Source: Octopus vulgaris
Lineage: Eukaryota
Assembly: GCA_951406725.2 (NCBI GenBank)
Contig: OX597817.1
Coordinates: forward strand, 20,088,001 to 20,152,000
Reading direction: 5' to 3'
Length of the DNA: 64,000 bases
The translations under genes and the position numbers were made by a program. This document shows, piece after piece, positions 25,999 to 39,218 of the stretch; position 1 is the first letter of the stretch, and the number at the start of each line of letters is the position of its first letter. The notes beneath the pieces were generated by a model. The model did no database searches. It was not told the DNA's origin and saw nothing but the letters and a program-made list of their open reading frames with translations.

Positions 25999-28696
25999 TA
26001 CTTACAGACAAGAAATTTCGCAGAGTAGATCCTCTTTTATATATTTACATATTGTTACGCTCTTCCTCATCCTCGACATGATCATCATTATAATGATGCC
26101 AGTAATACTGGTGGAATTTATATTAGTATTATTGTCAAGAGAATTTAAATAGTGATTCATGAATAGAGAATTTGCAAAATTTACCGCCAGCAATATGAAA
26201 AGATTGATCTTTCTTTTAAATTAGTATAAAGGTGGACACATTTAAAGAGATTGGATTATTCTCGGGAAGTCAAACAAGATTTTTTTGTTGTTGTTTCGAA
26301 TGTAACGAACGAGATGCAAATCAGACAAGATGTACCATAGTTTACAACAAAACGAATCAAGTATATTGTAGATATTTGCAAAAGTAAGTAACTGATGCTG
26401 TTTTAATATAGCAAGATACATATGTAAATATTGAATTACTGAAATTCAAATAAAAATGTGTCTATATTTGCAATATTGACAGCGAAGCTCGCACATAAAC
26501 TCTTCAACATGAGAACTCGTTGTCATATTAATAATTTCTATTACAACACTTTTAAATGTCACTCGAACGTAAAATGTTTTTCCGTGATTTCATACGAAAG
26601 TGCTCAGAATTGCAAGAATTTATGAGGAAGGAAACGCGCCAATGCACAAAAGAAAAAAAAATTATCAATATTCATTTCGCTGAAAACATGCTAGCATTCA
26701 TTATACCACCAAAAACAGCATTTACAAGTCGGAAACATTAGAGTAAAACATTTCCTCAATTAGTAGAAACAAAGTATATTTGCATATATGCATACTATTC
26801 GGAATGAGAACGGAACAAACAAAAACCACCCATTAAATGCAATGTACAACTTCCCATGCATATACTCCATACTGTTTCGAAAGAAGGTCAATTTAAAGAA
26901 TGAGCGATTTCCATTAGTGCATGTAATATTTTTAATATAATGTTAGTGAACATAATGTCTCAAAGAGAACGTTTTCAAGTAATTTCAATGTATACAGCTG
27001 GTTTTACTTTTCACAAATAAGACAGATTCCACATTTTGTTTCTCAGTCGCATGTGCAGACAGAAAAGCAATGACATTTGTTGTGCAGGTCAGCCGATTTG
27101 CTGCTCCTTTCTTGAAGGAGTTGGTCTAACATATGCAACAAATACAAAGAAAACAGCAGCGGGCACATTGGTATGTAGCCAAAGAAGTGTTCTTTGTTTT
27201 TTTCTTTTCTCTCCTTGCATCAGCGGTCGAACGACCATTAATACTGATATATTTACCACCAGAAATTGATTAGGGGATGAAAAAATGCTAAATCAATTAT
27301 ATATTAGCGATGAGCTTAAATGTGAGATTGAAGACAAAAGTTATTCACAGTTTTAACAATAGCTGCTTATACCATTAATGGATTTGGTTGGATAAGTTAC
27401 CACTCGACCGGTTGCCAGAATTAGTATATCCGAGACCGATATGATGAGAAGCATTCCAACGATTTTCATTCGACGATGGCTAAGAAATCAATCCTATTTT
27501 TGATATTGTTTCAGTTAAATCGACAACCTGCTCAATTAGAAATCAGTTTGTGTCACATCTTGGTATTATTGTCATTGTAAATGTTCATCTTTTTCAAAGG
27601 ACATATACAAACTTCATCAAAGAAATATAGCCTAGAAAACTTATGCATATGTTTCTCTTTAAAAATTATGTTTCTACAACTGACGTGTATGATGACCAAT
27701 TCCAGTATATATTACTTTTTTTTAAAGAGCTCGCTTTTTCATTTCTTTAACAGACACATCTTAGAAATATTTAGTATATCTCTTTGTGCTTATATTTGTT
27801 AGCGTAGGTGTTTAAATCACAAGTTGCCTCTAGGCCATGCGTTATTTGTCATGACAACAATCGGAGCTTATTGATTGTTGTTTTCTGAAAGACTAATTAG
27901 ATATTAGTCACAGCATACACAGCTGCTGCTTAGATGTCAAATTCTCACACTTCGCTAACTGTTGCAGGTGAATTACTTTTGATTAAGCTACAAACTTATT
28001 TAAAATCGGAAGCATATTCCAAAATGCTTTAGGCATCGGGGAATGTTTTCACGTTACAAATGGCATAGTAGCATTTGGAATTGTATCTAATAGTATTTAA
28101 GCTTTCTATATTTTCAATCACTTCTATTTACGTACTTCAAAAGATGGACTTCTAACATACAAAAAGATGTGTTTTCGATGGAATCCTTGCCTTAATAAAT
28201 TTCAAACATAACCAACCTTGGCCGCATCACAAAAACTAAAAATAGACAAGAATATATAAAAGTATATTAAATATTTTTACATGATCACAAACATGCATTA
28301 TGTTAAACTATAGCTCACAATGGAATATAAATAAACAAATACCAATTTCGGAAAGTGAAAACAATTGAAAGGTATTCGAAAACTGGTATTGAGAATAAAC
28401 ATGTTAATTATATTATATTATTCAACACCGTCCTCAGAATATTCAACAAAGTTACTGTTTATTTTAAATAAATGTAATTTTGTTTTCAATTTATTGTTTG
28501 CTATGCGCAATTCCAAAACTGGAATGCTGATATAAAAAAAAAAGTCGAAGTAAATAAATTGCGAAATAAATCTAGTAACAAAATGAAGATGTACCTACAC
28601 TTCAAAAAAAGGCTTTAAATATAAGTTTAGGAAAAGGCAATCAAGACGAAATACATGGTTATAGGAAACGAATATATTTTATTCTGAATAATACTG

Positions 28697-28705
28697 TTTA
28701 ATAAC

Positions 28706-28764
<59 letters not shown>

Positions 28765-28804
28765 CAACAACAATCATAATAATAACAACAACAACAACAA
28801 CAAC

Positions 28805-28863
<59 letters not shown>
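28697..28863. repeat. (TAA)n/(CAA)n microsatellite
   Basis: Direct repeat. Confidence 0.95.
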
Positions 28864-28864
<1 letters not shown>

Positions 28865-29677
28865 TCGTAAATGCGTGGAGAATACGATGTGTTATGAAGG
28901 ACAATTTAAATAAATGATATATTCTTTAAATTTCTATTTTAACTGCTTTGTCTTTATAATGTTTTTGTGTTATTGTTTTCTCAAGAAAACGAATGTATGG
29001 AGTTTGTAAGACGAGTTCCTAAACAATGGCTGTATTTGTGGATGAAACAATCATTAAAAAACATCCTCTATTTATTCTATGTTTTGAAATATTTTTTTCT
29101 CGTCGTTTTGTTTTTGTCTTTAAACCATTCCGTGTATTTTTGTAAACTCTTTTGATATTTATTCGAATTTCCTGTGTTTGTCTGTTGGCTAAGCAAATAT
29201 CTTGCATTTTAGTTTATTTATTTGACTGAAGTACAAGAATCTCAACAGTTGTAATGTATCAGTTGAATATAACAAACTGAAATAAACAAAATTGCACCAA
29301 ACAAAACTTTTCTCAATACGAAAAAAGAAAACGAATATGAATGACAAATTCAAGTACCAAAACGAATAAATAAACAACCAAAATGAAGTAAAATACTGAA
29401 CAAAGAAAGAACAATATGCTGAAAATAAAAGTAAAACATGGAATAATAATAAAGTGACGTGTAGAAATAATGCTACTTTGTATAATAAGGAAGTTAAAAT
29501 GCGTACATTTATGTTGAAAAGTGGTACTTAAAATAGTTGCAGATCTCACACAATAATAAACAAAAGGGAATGGAACAATGATTCGTCCAAATGCGTTAAA
29601 AGACTAGGGACTCTGTAGTTTCACACCTATATACATATATACATGTGTGTGTGTATATATGTATGTGTGTATATATA

Positions 29678-29908
29678 GGCGGCAAGCTGGCAGAAACGTT
29701 AGCACGCCGGGCGAATTGCTTTGCGGTATTTGGTCTGCCGCTGCGTTCTGAGTTCAAATTCCGCCGAGGTCGACTTTGCCTTTCTTCCTTTCGGGGTCGA
29801 TAAATTAAGTACCAGTTACGCTCTGGATTCGACATAATCGACTTAATTCGTTTGTCTGTCCTTGTATGTCCTCTCTGTGTTTAGCCCCTTGCGGGTCGTA
29901 AAGAAATA
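29678..29908 (+). mobile_element. tRNA-derived SINE family B
   Basis: Head ggcggcaagctggcagaaacgttagc, B box gagttcaaattcc and central domain gtcgactttgcctttc.tcctttcggggtcgataaattaagtaccag (MetaSINE-like by recollection). A diverged minus copy lies at 42505-42718. Confidence 0.8.
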
Positions 29909-29909
29909 T

Positions 29910-29966
<57 letters not shown>

Positions 29967-30645
29967 CATACATCCATACGCACTGAAACACAGGCACACC
30001 TATATAAAATTATGGATATATTGAATCTAGATATGATCATGGAGACGTAGACGTGAAAATGCCTTTTCCTGTTAGGGTTCGTCTTGGAAACAAGATTTAT
30101 TCTTTTGAAAGACGTGTGTGGACTACACAAACTCTTTAATTACAAAATGAGTCTCGATAATGCTTTGATTATTTGAGCAGAGAATGAAAATAAGTACTAC
30201 AGATATTTGAATAACAAATGCATCATGTACTGCATGTCTTTATTCAAGTATCATCGAAGAAAAAAGTAACGTATTTCTAAATCTCTGAAGCACCGAAAAT
30301 TGAGAAAGTGTGAGATAGAAACTTGGCGTCATGTTGAGGTATATCCTGTGATTTTCATATTCAAAATTGTGGATAGGTCGAAAATCTAGTCCAAAATATT
30401 GATTGGCTGGCACATTTGAGTCGTGTTACTTTGAACCAATACATAAGGAAAAGTAACAGAAACATGCGGATCAAATACGTCTTAATGAAACAGATTTAAA
30501 GTGTGGAGCGAAGAAATGACTAAGTGTTACATACGGTGAGCTTAAGTATGTTTCAGATTCTAATCCACGGTAAAACAAAAGACCGTGTTTAAGATTAAAT
30601 ATCAATGGTAAGTTGGTTGTATATAGAATCTCCACCTTTCATAAC

Positions 30646-30954
30646 TGTTATGGTGAGAGTCATTGACACTCCCTATGGGAAGGGACTAGCCGAGCTCGTA
30701 TAAGTAGTAGAGCGTTCCAGTGAGACGGCGGCGAAGGAGGACATCGCAGGAAGCCGTAAGGTGTTGTTTGAAGTTTGTGGAGTCGCAGGATATTCTTGAG
30801 AATTTGTTATAGGTCGTTCAGAGTTTGTTTTGGAGTTGTTATGCTTGTTGACAGTGTACTTGGGGAATATGTCGTGTTACGACAGTTGTATCTATTCCCG
30901 CTTTATGAAATCTGTATATCCGACGTATAGAAATATATAAAAGTAGCTGAGACA
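30646..30954 (+). mobile_element. Possible solo LTR
   Basis: TGTTA..GACA ends, GC-richer interior with tataag. The flanks taac and taaa give only an imperfect target duplication. Confidence 0.3.
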
Positions 30955-33900
30955 TAAAAGCTAAGGAAGTTCTTAGAATGGAAAATCTTCCACGAAGAAT
31001 ATATATTTCAGAGTCAGCGGTATTGAACCACTACTGATGCAAAACGGCAACTAATTGAATCTCAGGGAATGCTTATCAATCTTCTTCCGTCTGCGAAACG
31101 GAGCTGAAGAGACCCAGTTTCGAGTATAATTATTTGCTTATGTAGATGACTTGGATTCATATGGAACTGATATGCGATATGGGGTGTGCACCGCTTATTG
31201 CTCACCGGATCCATATGAATATAAACAAAGAAGAGCACCGAAATAGGAAGTTGAATAGAAAGGCAAATTTTACTTGTGACATGATAAAAGCGCTCGGAGC
31301 GTCTGAACTTATCAGTTCTTCCTAAGCTCATTATTTATATTTTTCTTATAAACAAGATGTTAGTCTTGAAATTGAATGATAAGATAATTGCAATGTGTTA
31401 GTTAAAGAGTATAAAAGGAACCGTTGTTTCATAACATATGAAAATATCCCTACTGCTAAATGCTAGTTACACATTCCTATGCATAAGCAGCCATTCGGAC
31501 AATCCAATTCACGGATTTTGATATGGTCAAGACCGCCAATTGTACAATAAGAGTTAAGGGGTGACGCGCTGGGTAGCTAGCCACATGTAGAAAATAAAAG
31601 ACAGGAAACTATGCCTGTAGGACCGGGCTGAGATGGCGCATACTAACGCTACATGAAGCTGCCAACTATTACTGCCTGACTAAAGTGCTTTACTCCGCTT
31701 CAGCCGGCGTTCAGCGATTTATGTTTTGCTTCCGGTAGAGAATACATGTTGGCAATATGACCATTTGTTGTTACCATCTACTATGCAGAAGACAGACTTT
31801 TGTAATGAGGCTAGGACATTTCTAGCATTTCGTTGATTTTTTTGCAAGTGTGACCCCGTTTGCAGGACGCGCTTTTCGAAAGCATGTCTCTTTGACATTG
31901 CTGCATCCTTGAATCAGGTATAGACAGAGTCAGGGGGCCTGGATATCTACAGTGCCGTTCGTCGCTCACAGCTTTCTGGCAATCGAGCGAAGGATTGAAT
32001 ATCCTTCTTGTTTGAACTAGTGTTTGCATCTTGCTCTTGAGAAGATACCATAAATTTTGCATTATTTTCCTTTAATATATCGCTTTGGGTCTTTTATTTT
32101 GATAAATATTGGCGTCTATGTTGACATAATTCTGTAACTTCTTTTGCTTCCTTTTGAGTTATTCATAGTTGTATTGCATGATGTTACCTTTGGACTATGT
32201 ATGGTAATAGCCCTCTGCCCTTGGTACTACATTCACATTATCAGAAATGAGAATATGTCTTCTTCCTGTGCGGTTCCGTTTTATGCGTAAAAGCCTGCCA
32301 TTTGCAAAGTTGTCTTAGTTTTCTTTTCGCTCCAGTGTCTCTATTTCATTTTTCTCCAAATTTACCGTTCCTATGATATATGGCTTCATGGCAAACACGC
32401 ATGTGTCGATTGCATTTGTTACATTCCTCGAAATAAATATGGATTTTAATATATGCATTCATCTTTTCAAATGTATTATTTACACGTTTTACTTTCATTT
32501 TGTTGTAGATCAACTATTTTCCGTATTAGATGAAATTTGTATCTATATGCCTTTGAATCTGCCTTTCCGATAAGTGTATTCCCGTAAAATGGCTTCACCT
32601 TCATCTCGGCATGGTTAATTCGACATTTGTATTAAGCCAATATCCACTACAGTATTACAAAAACATATCGACTCAAATATTACCGAAAATACAAGTGAAC
32701 ATATATACATTTTTATAACTTACAGATATAAATAAATGATTCTTGATGAGTGGAGGATTTAGAGGTGGGTTTCTTCCTGGCTTTTCGATCATGTTAATTT
32801 TATGATATGCCATTGTGATGTATCTTAGTGCCTTGCCATATAACACGGTACAGAATTGTCATCTTTGACAGTATCTCTGTTAACAGCTATTCTTCCTAGC
32901 GATTTCATATTCAGTATCAATTACCTCTTCTAGCTCATCTCAGCAGTAATGATTTCTTGCTAAGCGGTGTTAAAATCGAAGAATGTTGAACATTTTCGAA
33001 AGAGTTCTAAAGACGACCTGTGCATGCTTCAATTTTTCCTCACAATTTTGTCAATAATCAAATTTCTGTAGATTACCTTTTAATCTACCTTTATACTCTA
33101 TGTTACTAATTTATTGTAGATGAAATCATTCCATGCGTTTCACGCAGTATGTCTTTGTTAGTAACTTCTAGGAAAGACTGTATCTATAATTCCCAATTGC
33201 AATTCCAGTAGTTGGATCCTTCATTTCGAAGTATTTTAGCTGCAAAATACTTCCTTTATGACATTTAATTTCGAATGATCCCTAATTTCTGTGTGTATGT
33301 GTCTTAAAAGTATTGAGAACTTTTAAACCTATTTCGACATCATGCTCTCCATTTTAGTATTAACTGTAAATAGCAGGAGACGTTGTCCTTAATTCTTAAG
33401 ATTGGTTCTTATACCTCTCAAGTGCTAAGTTCCGTTTAAGGGTCTGAATCCTATCTGCTTTTCCATTATATGTAACGGAATATAACAGATTCCTATCTTG
33501 AATATTATTTGCTCCTTCCACATTTCGTGTTATCTTCATTTTATGCCATCGAATGTTATGGGAAACAGCCTGATTGAATTCAAAATGTCTGTTACATGTT
33601 CGCAATGTGATATACACATCATAGTTTAATTTGGACTCACTTGTTACATGTGTCTTATTATAATTGTGAAACTTTTCTCACACATGTTGAATTTCTTTAC
33701 AAGGTAAGTCTTCTCGTGTCCATTTATTAAATTGCCTTTTTCCACCTTCCCAAAATACTGATTCTATTACTGATACTGTGCTCTTTTGCAGCATTGTAAC
33801 TACTTCGGTTTATATAGGTGTTTGCCTCCGTTAATACATTTCAGTTTTAAATACTCTGTTTTCTGAATTATTTAGGATTCATTTTGATCGTAGGAAAGGC

Positions 33901-35025
33901 TGTTAGTTTTCATCTTATATGACTTCATGTATTAGCCAAGATTCAATGTTCATAATAATTACGTGTGTTTCTATCGAATGCTTAGCATTTTCCATGTCAT
34001 CGTTATTTCCTTTCTTGTTATTTCCCACAGTCATGACAACTTCATTTCTTTCCACAGATTTCTTGAGGTTTTCATTTAACTTTCAAGCTTGTACTATATT
34101 GTCATTCACCCCTTTCTTGAAACTCATCGACTCATCAGTGATTCGTTTTTGCATATTCTGAATTGATTTCGTGTTAGGTAATCTCGTCTTTCGAACATGC
34201 GTGCTTGGTTCAATGACATTTACAGTCAGATCCATTTTACCGCTGTTTTTCCAATTTGTAAGAATTTTATCACTATCCTCGCTTCACTCTCCACTTTTAG
34301 CTGTCGAATAACATTGCTTCAAAACGTTATAATCGACTACATTCCACACATAATCTTGCAGTAAATCCTACATTAAGCAACTGATAATGACGACTGGATG
34401 CCTCTTCCTCTAGTGGTGAATACCTGAAGAACAGAAATATTTGGCTTGAGGAGTCATCCTTTGTTAATTTGGTCTGACTTACCGTTATGCATCATTGTTT
34501 TCAAAGAAAGGAAGCGGGAAGTGTCAGAACCAATACATGTTATTTTTATTAGCACACATTAATTACAAAGATCTCTAGCTTCATATAATATATTCAAACA
34601 GGCCAGATGATTTGTTTCGAAGTAATGGACCGAAACTCCTTTCAAATAACAGCTACTATACCTCCATTGCAGGGAAATGAAATCATTGTTATTCATTATA
34701 TTCTGTTTTGTATTTGTGCATACATGCAGGACACGGAGTGAGTTATCTCACATGAAATCGAATACGAGTTCATATATTAATTCATTTACATTCTGTCTTA
34801 ATTTCTCCATGTAATATAAAGTCCAGGATATACAAGTTGGTAAGCTTTCTACAAAATGTAAAATATAATCGCAAAATGGAATGTACGAGTTGTGAATACA
34901 AATTTATTATTCTCATATAATTTCCATATGATTAAATCGTTTCGTAATCATTTCTATGGCGTAATATTATTTCACCCATTTTATATCGATATGCATATGT
35001 AGCATTATATATATATTAATATAAG

Positions 35026-35332
35026 CAATTGCAGCATGGAAGGTGTTTATAAGCAATTTGAAAACACATAAAAACGTTTAAATTCATTTCAACATTTAAA
35101 TTTAAGTTGTCAAAATATTATTCTCTGCTGCATCACGGACTTTTGTCAGTGAACAGGTCGCGGCTTCAAATCGACAAAAATATTTTGACAACTTAAATTT
35201 AAATGCTGAAGTGAATCTAGCGGTTTTTCTATGTTTTTAAATTGCTTATAAACACCTGCCTCGCTGCAATTGTTTTCCTTTCAGCAAACGATCTCAGATC
35301 AAGTTACTTGCTATGCAAGTACATCTCCGTAA
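35026..35332. mobile_element. Older fold-back element (~94-bp arms) with a degenerate G3-C8 hammerhead
   Basis: 35026-35119 is an imperfect reverse complement of 35179-35272. Flanked by (TA)n. Confidence 0.75.
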
Positions 35333-35905
35333 TATATATATATATATAACATAACAAACTCATCAGATTATATATATCAGAACATTAGGAATGTATTTAG
35401 TGTTTTGCTTTGTTGCTTGAATAAATTCTACTCTTTTTAAAGAACAATATACACGAAAATGTGTAACTAGATACAATAATTTGATTAGTAAATCTATCCA
35501 TGATCAATACACTGTAAAGACTTCCAAAATGGTATTTTCTCAAGTGAACCATCTTCAAACACGCCCTATTACTGCTTCACTTAAAACTTCCAAAAGAAAT
35601 TACAGATATTTTTCTTTATGTAAATAAAAACAAACAAAATATATGCTGCAAAATCAATCGTTAGAAATAAAGATAACATTTTTCACACTATAAAACACAA
35701 CTGAAACACATACATTTCGTGATTATTGGGTTGGTAGTGAGACGTTGGCTCAGAAGACAGAGGACATGCGAAGAGTAGAGAATGACAGTGAAGGAGAATA
35801 TGTCGGAGGTGTGTTGGCGGGACGTGTCATCGAGGGACACTAGGCGAGGTTAGAATCGTTGAGGCTTGGGCTCGGGGAGTGGGAAGGATGAGGTGACTGT
35901 AGCAC

Positions 35906-35939
<34 letters not shown>

Positions 35940-36213
35940 ACAATTGAGGGTAAAATTAATTAATCAATTTCACCAAGTGTTCAGTATGTAAAAGGACCAT
36001 TTAAGGCGAATTCAAAATATTACATTATATAATTAGGGCTTAGTAAAATAAATTACTTTGCCACATACTGAACTTAGTAGAAATAGCAGCCAAAAAAAAA
36101 TTTTTTAGCCATTTCTACTACTTAAAGAAAATTTCTCTCAGATAATGTTTACTCCAGACAGCTCACGAAGGTATGGAGGTAAATACAGAAAAATATCACA
36201 AGTACATAGATCG

Positions 36214-36276
36214 TTTGAGTACGTCAACGTTTCAAGATTAGCCAAATAAAATCAGCATTTCTTTCGTCAGCTCAAA
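36214..36276 (-). ncRNA. Canonical type I hammerhead ribozyme
   Basis: Reverse complement of the HHR at 36915-36977. Confidence 0.85.
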
Positions 36277-36914
36277 ATTTCTTAATTTGGATTTGGAAAC
36301 ACTAAAAAGAAGGAACTTTACCTATCGGCGAACTTGTCGCTTCAGATGAACCAGCTCCAACTGCCAGTGCCAACAAATTCAAAAATGCGCAGGCGTAAAT
36401 TTCTGCACTCCTCATTCCACCCACGTAGCAAACATTATATTTTAACCGCGAGAACCGAGGCAGTATGACCGAGAGAAATAAATTATAATATCAACAATTG
36501 AGGGTAAAATTAATTAATCAATTTCACCAAGTGTTCAGTATGTAAAAGGACCATTTAAGGCGAATTCAAAATATTACATTATATAATTAGGGCTTAGTAA
36601 AATAAATTACTTTGCCACATACTGAACTTAGTAGAAATAGCAGCCCCCAAAAATTTTTTTAGCCATTAATTGATTAATTAATTTTACCCTCAATTGTTGA
36701 TATTATAATTTATTTCTCTCGGTCATACTGCCTCGGTTCTCGCGGTTAAAATATAATGTTTGCTACGTGGGTGGAATGAGGAGTGCAGAAATTTACGCCT
36801 GCGCATTTTTGAATTTGTTGGCACTGGCAGTTGGAGCTGGTTCATCTGAAGCGACAAGTTCGCCGATAGGTAAAGTTCCTTCTTTTTAGTGTTTCCAAAT
36901 CCAAATTAAGAAAT

Positions 36915-36977
36915 TTTGAGCTGACGAAAGAAATGCTGATTTTATTTGGCTAATCTTGAAACGTTGACGTACTCAAA
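36915..36977 (+). ncRNA. Canonical type I hammerhead ribozyme
   Basis: uuugag-CUGACGA-aaga..ucuu-GAA-ACG(uuga)CGU-A-cucaaa: 6-bp helix I and an intact core. Predicted cleavage after A36971. Confidence 0.85.
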
Positions 36978-37154
36978 CGATCTATGTACTTGTGATAATT
37001 TTCTGTATTTACCTCCAAACCTTCGTGAGCTGTCTGGAGTAAACATTATCTGAGAGAAATTTTCTTTAAGTAGTAGAAATGGCTAAAAAAATTTTTTGGG
37101 GCTGCTATTTCTACTAAGTTCAGTATGTGGCAAAGTAATTTATTTTACTAAGCC

Positions 37155-37204
<50 letters not shown>

Positions 37205-37499
37205 CATAATAGGTATCTACTTAATTCTTCGATCATGAATCTCCTTACCGTTATTATCGTTCATGACGAATATTCCTTAAATCTTTCACCCTGAACTCGA
37301 ATCAGTTGGCTCATATGGACATAGGTGCTCAAGCACATATGCACCGCAGACTCCGCTATTGTAGAAACAATTGAAATAGACTTTAAGCATTATTTCGGAA
37401 CACGTCATTTCCAGTAAACACAGTCCAATTATGTTTGAATTATAAATTACATGCGCTCAAATGACGCCAGATGTTTTACTTGTTTATGCTCGCTTTATA

Positions 37500-37557
<58 letters not shown>

Positions 37558-38796
37558 ATGTGTGTTTGTGTGTGTAGAAGAAGAAGAATGTTGATAATTA
37601 TGAACATGTTATCATTGTAACCAAGTGGGTTTCAAAACCCTGACATCGTTAGAAATTGTAGTCAAAACCGCTATAGAGTCATTTAAATCGCTCATCGTAT
37701 TTCCCTTCACGATTAAAGCTATCTGCGGGTGATATGATAAAATAGAATCAACAACTTAAATATAACTGGTTGTTTCCATATTGTAATTTCGACGGTAGAG
37801 ACCTATTAAGGGATCCATTTGACTCGTCAGGGGAACATTCCTGTAAATAGAAATCAAAACAAGACCTTACCTTGGCGTCAACCTTTATCTATATATTCAA
37901 GTTATGAATTCAAATACCAAGCACAGTGTTAATGACAAAACACTGATAAATTTGATCCACCGTAAAAACCACGGATATGATGTAAAAATACGTTACGGAG
38001 GATATATTAAAAACAATTAATAATTATTTATGAATGAATAAATGGCTAAAGCTATTATTATAAACTACATAGAAGAAGAATTTTTACAATTATGACTAAG
38101 ACTTGTTCTGTACTTTATCAGTTTAATAACTTGTCCTGAACTTTTCAAACGCTAATAACATGTCCTGTACTTTTCCAGATTTATAATCTTAAGAATAGTT
38201 TTCTCTTGCTCGCATTTTTACATGTAATATATATATGTATTCGCTGATTCCTTTCCAGTGGCAGCTATCAACTCAGACGACAATTAATAAGAAAGTATTT
38301 TATGATTTCGTTCTAGTTTTCATATGTCACGTGGGCTCCAGTAGAGAATATTAGATAAGTAGTTTCTTTGTATTTTATCTTATTTTTGATATTGATCTCC
38401 GCCTATGGGAGAAATGTAATGCGGGTGTAATATTTGTTCTAAATTTTTTCTTTGATTTGAGTCTTCTCGAAATTAGTAAGTGTGGGACGTTTGTTATATT
38501 TATGTCTATCTATTAAGATATTAATAATGTCTCTTCTTTGGAAACTTTCCTTCTTACTTGGATGCATTTTCATCTATTTCTCATTCCATAGTTTTGCATG
38601 TCATTTGCTTTGATTTAATTGCTGCTGTACAAATGGCTACGCAGAAAAATGCAGCAGAGTGCATTACAATTCCTCTTGCAACCCATTATATTTTATATAC
38701 CCTGCCTAAATTCATGATTGTTTCACTTTCTGAAACTATTACTAATTAGATTTGTGATTTTCTGCTGTTGAGCGCAGAAAAGACGTCTGAAATATT

Positions 38797-39218
38797 CTCT
38801 TTACTCTTTACTCTTTACTCTTTTACTTGTTTCAGTCATTTGACTGCGGCCATGCTGGAGCACCGCCTTTAGTCGAGCAAATCGACCCCGGTGCTTATTC
38901 TTCGTAAGCCCAGTACTTATTCTATCGGTCTCTTTTGCCGAACCGCTAAGTGACGGGGACGTAAACACACCAGCATCGGTTGTCAAGCAATTCTAGGGGG
39001 ACAAAGAAAGACACACAAATACACACATACACATACATATATATAAACATATATACGAAAGACTTCTTTCAGTTTCCGTCTACCAAATCCACTCACAAGG
39101 CATTGGTCGGCCCGGGGCTATAGCAGAAGTCACTTGCCCAAGATGCCACGCAGTGGGACTGAACCCGGAACCATGTGGTTGGTTAGCAAGCTACTTACCA
39201 CACAGCCACCCCTGCGCC
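38797..39218 (-). mobile_element. Full-length SINE family A
   Basis: Reverse complement of 7322-7790 with a shorter internal microsatellite. Confidence 0.9.

Larger units (their letters stand above)
35937..37154. mobile_element. Retrozyme/Penelope-like non-coding element: 554-nt monomer, partial tandem copy and ~486-bp inverted copy
   Basis: tcaacaattgagggtaaaatt occurs at 35937 and 36491. 36668-37154 is the reverse complement of 36037-36523. (TA)n on both sides. Confidence 0.9.
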
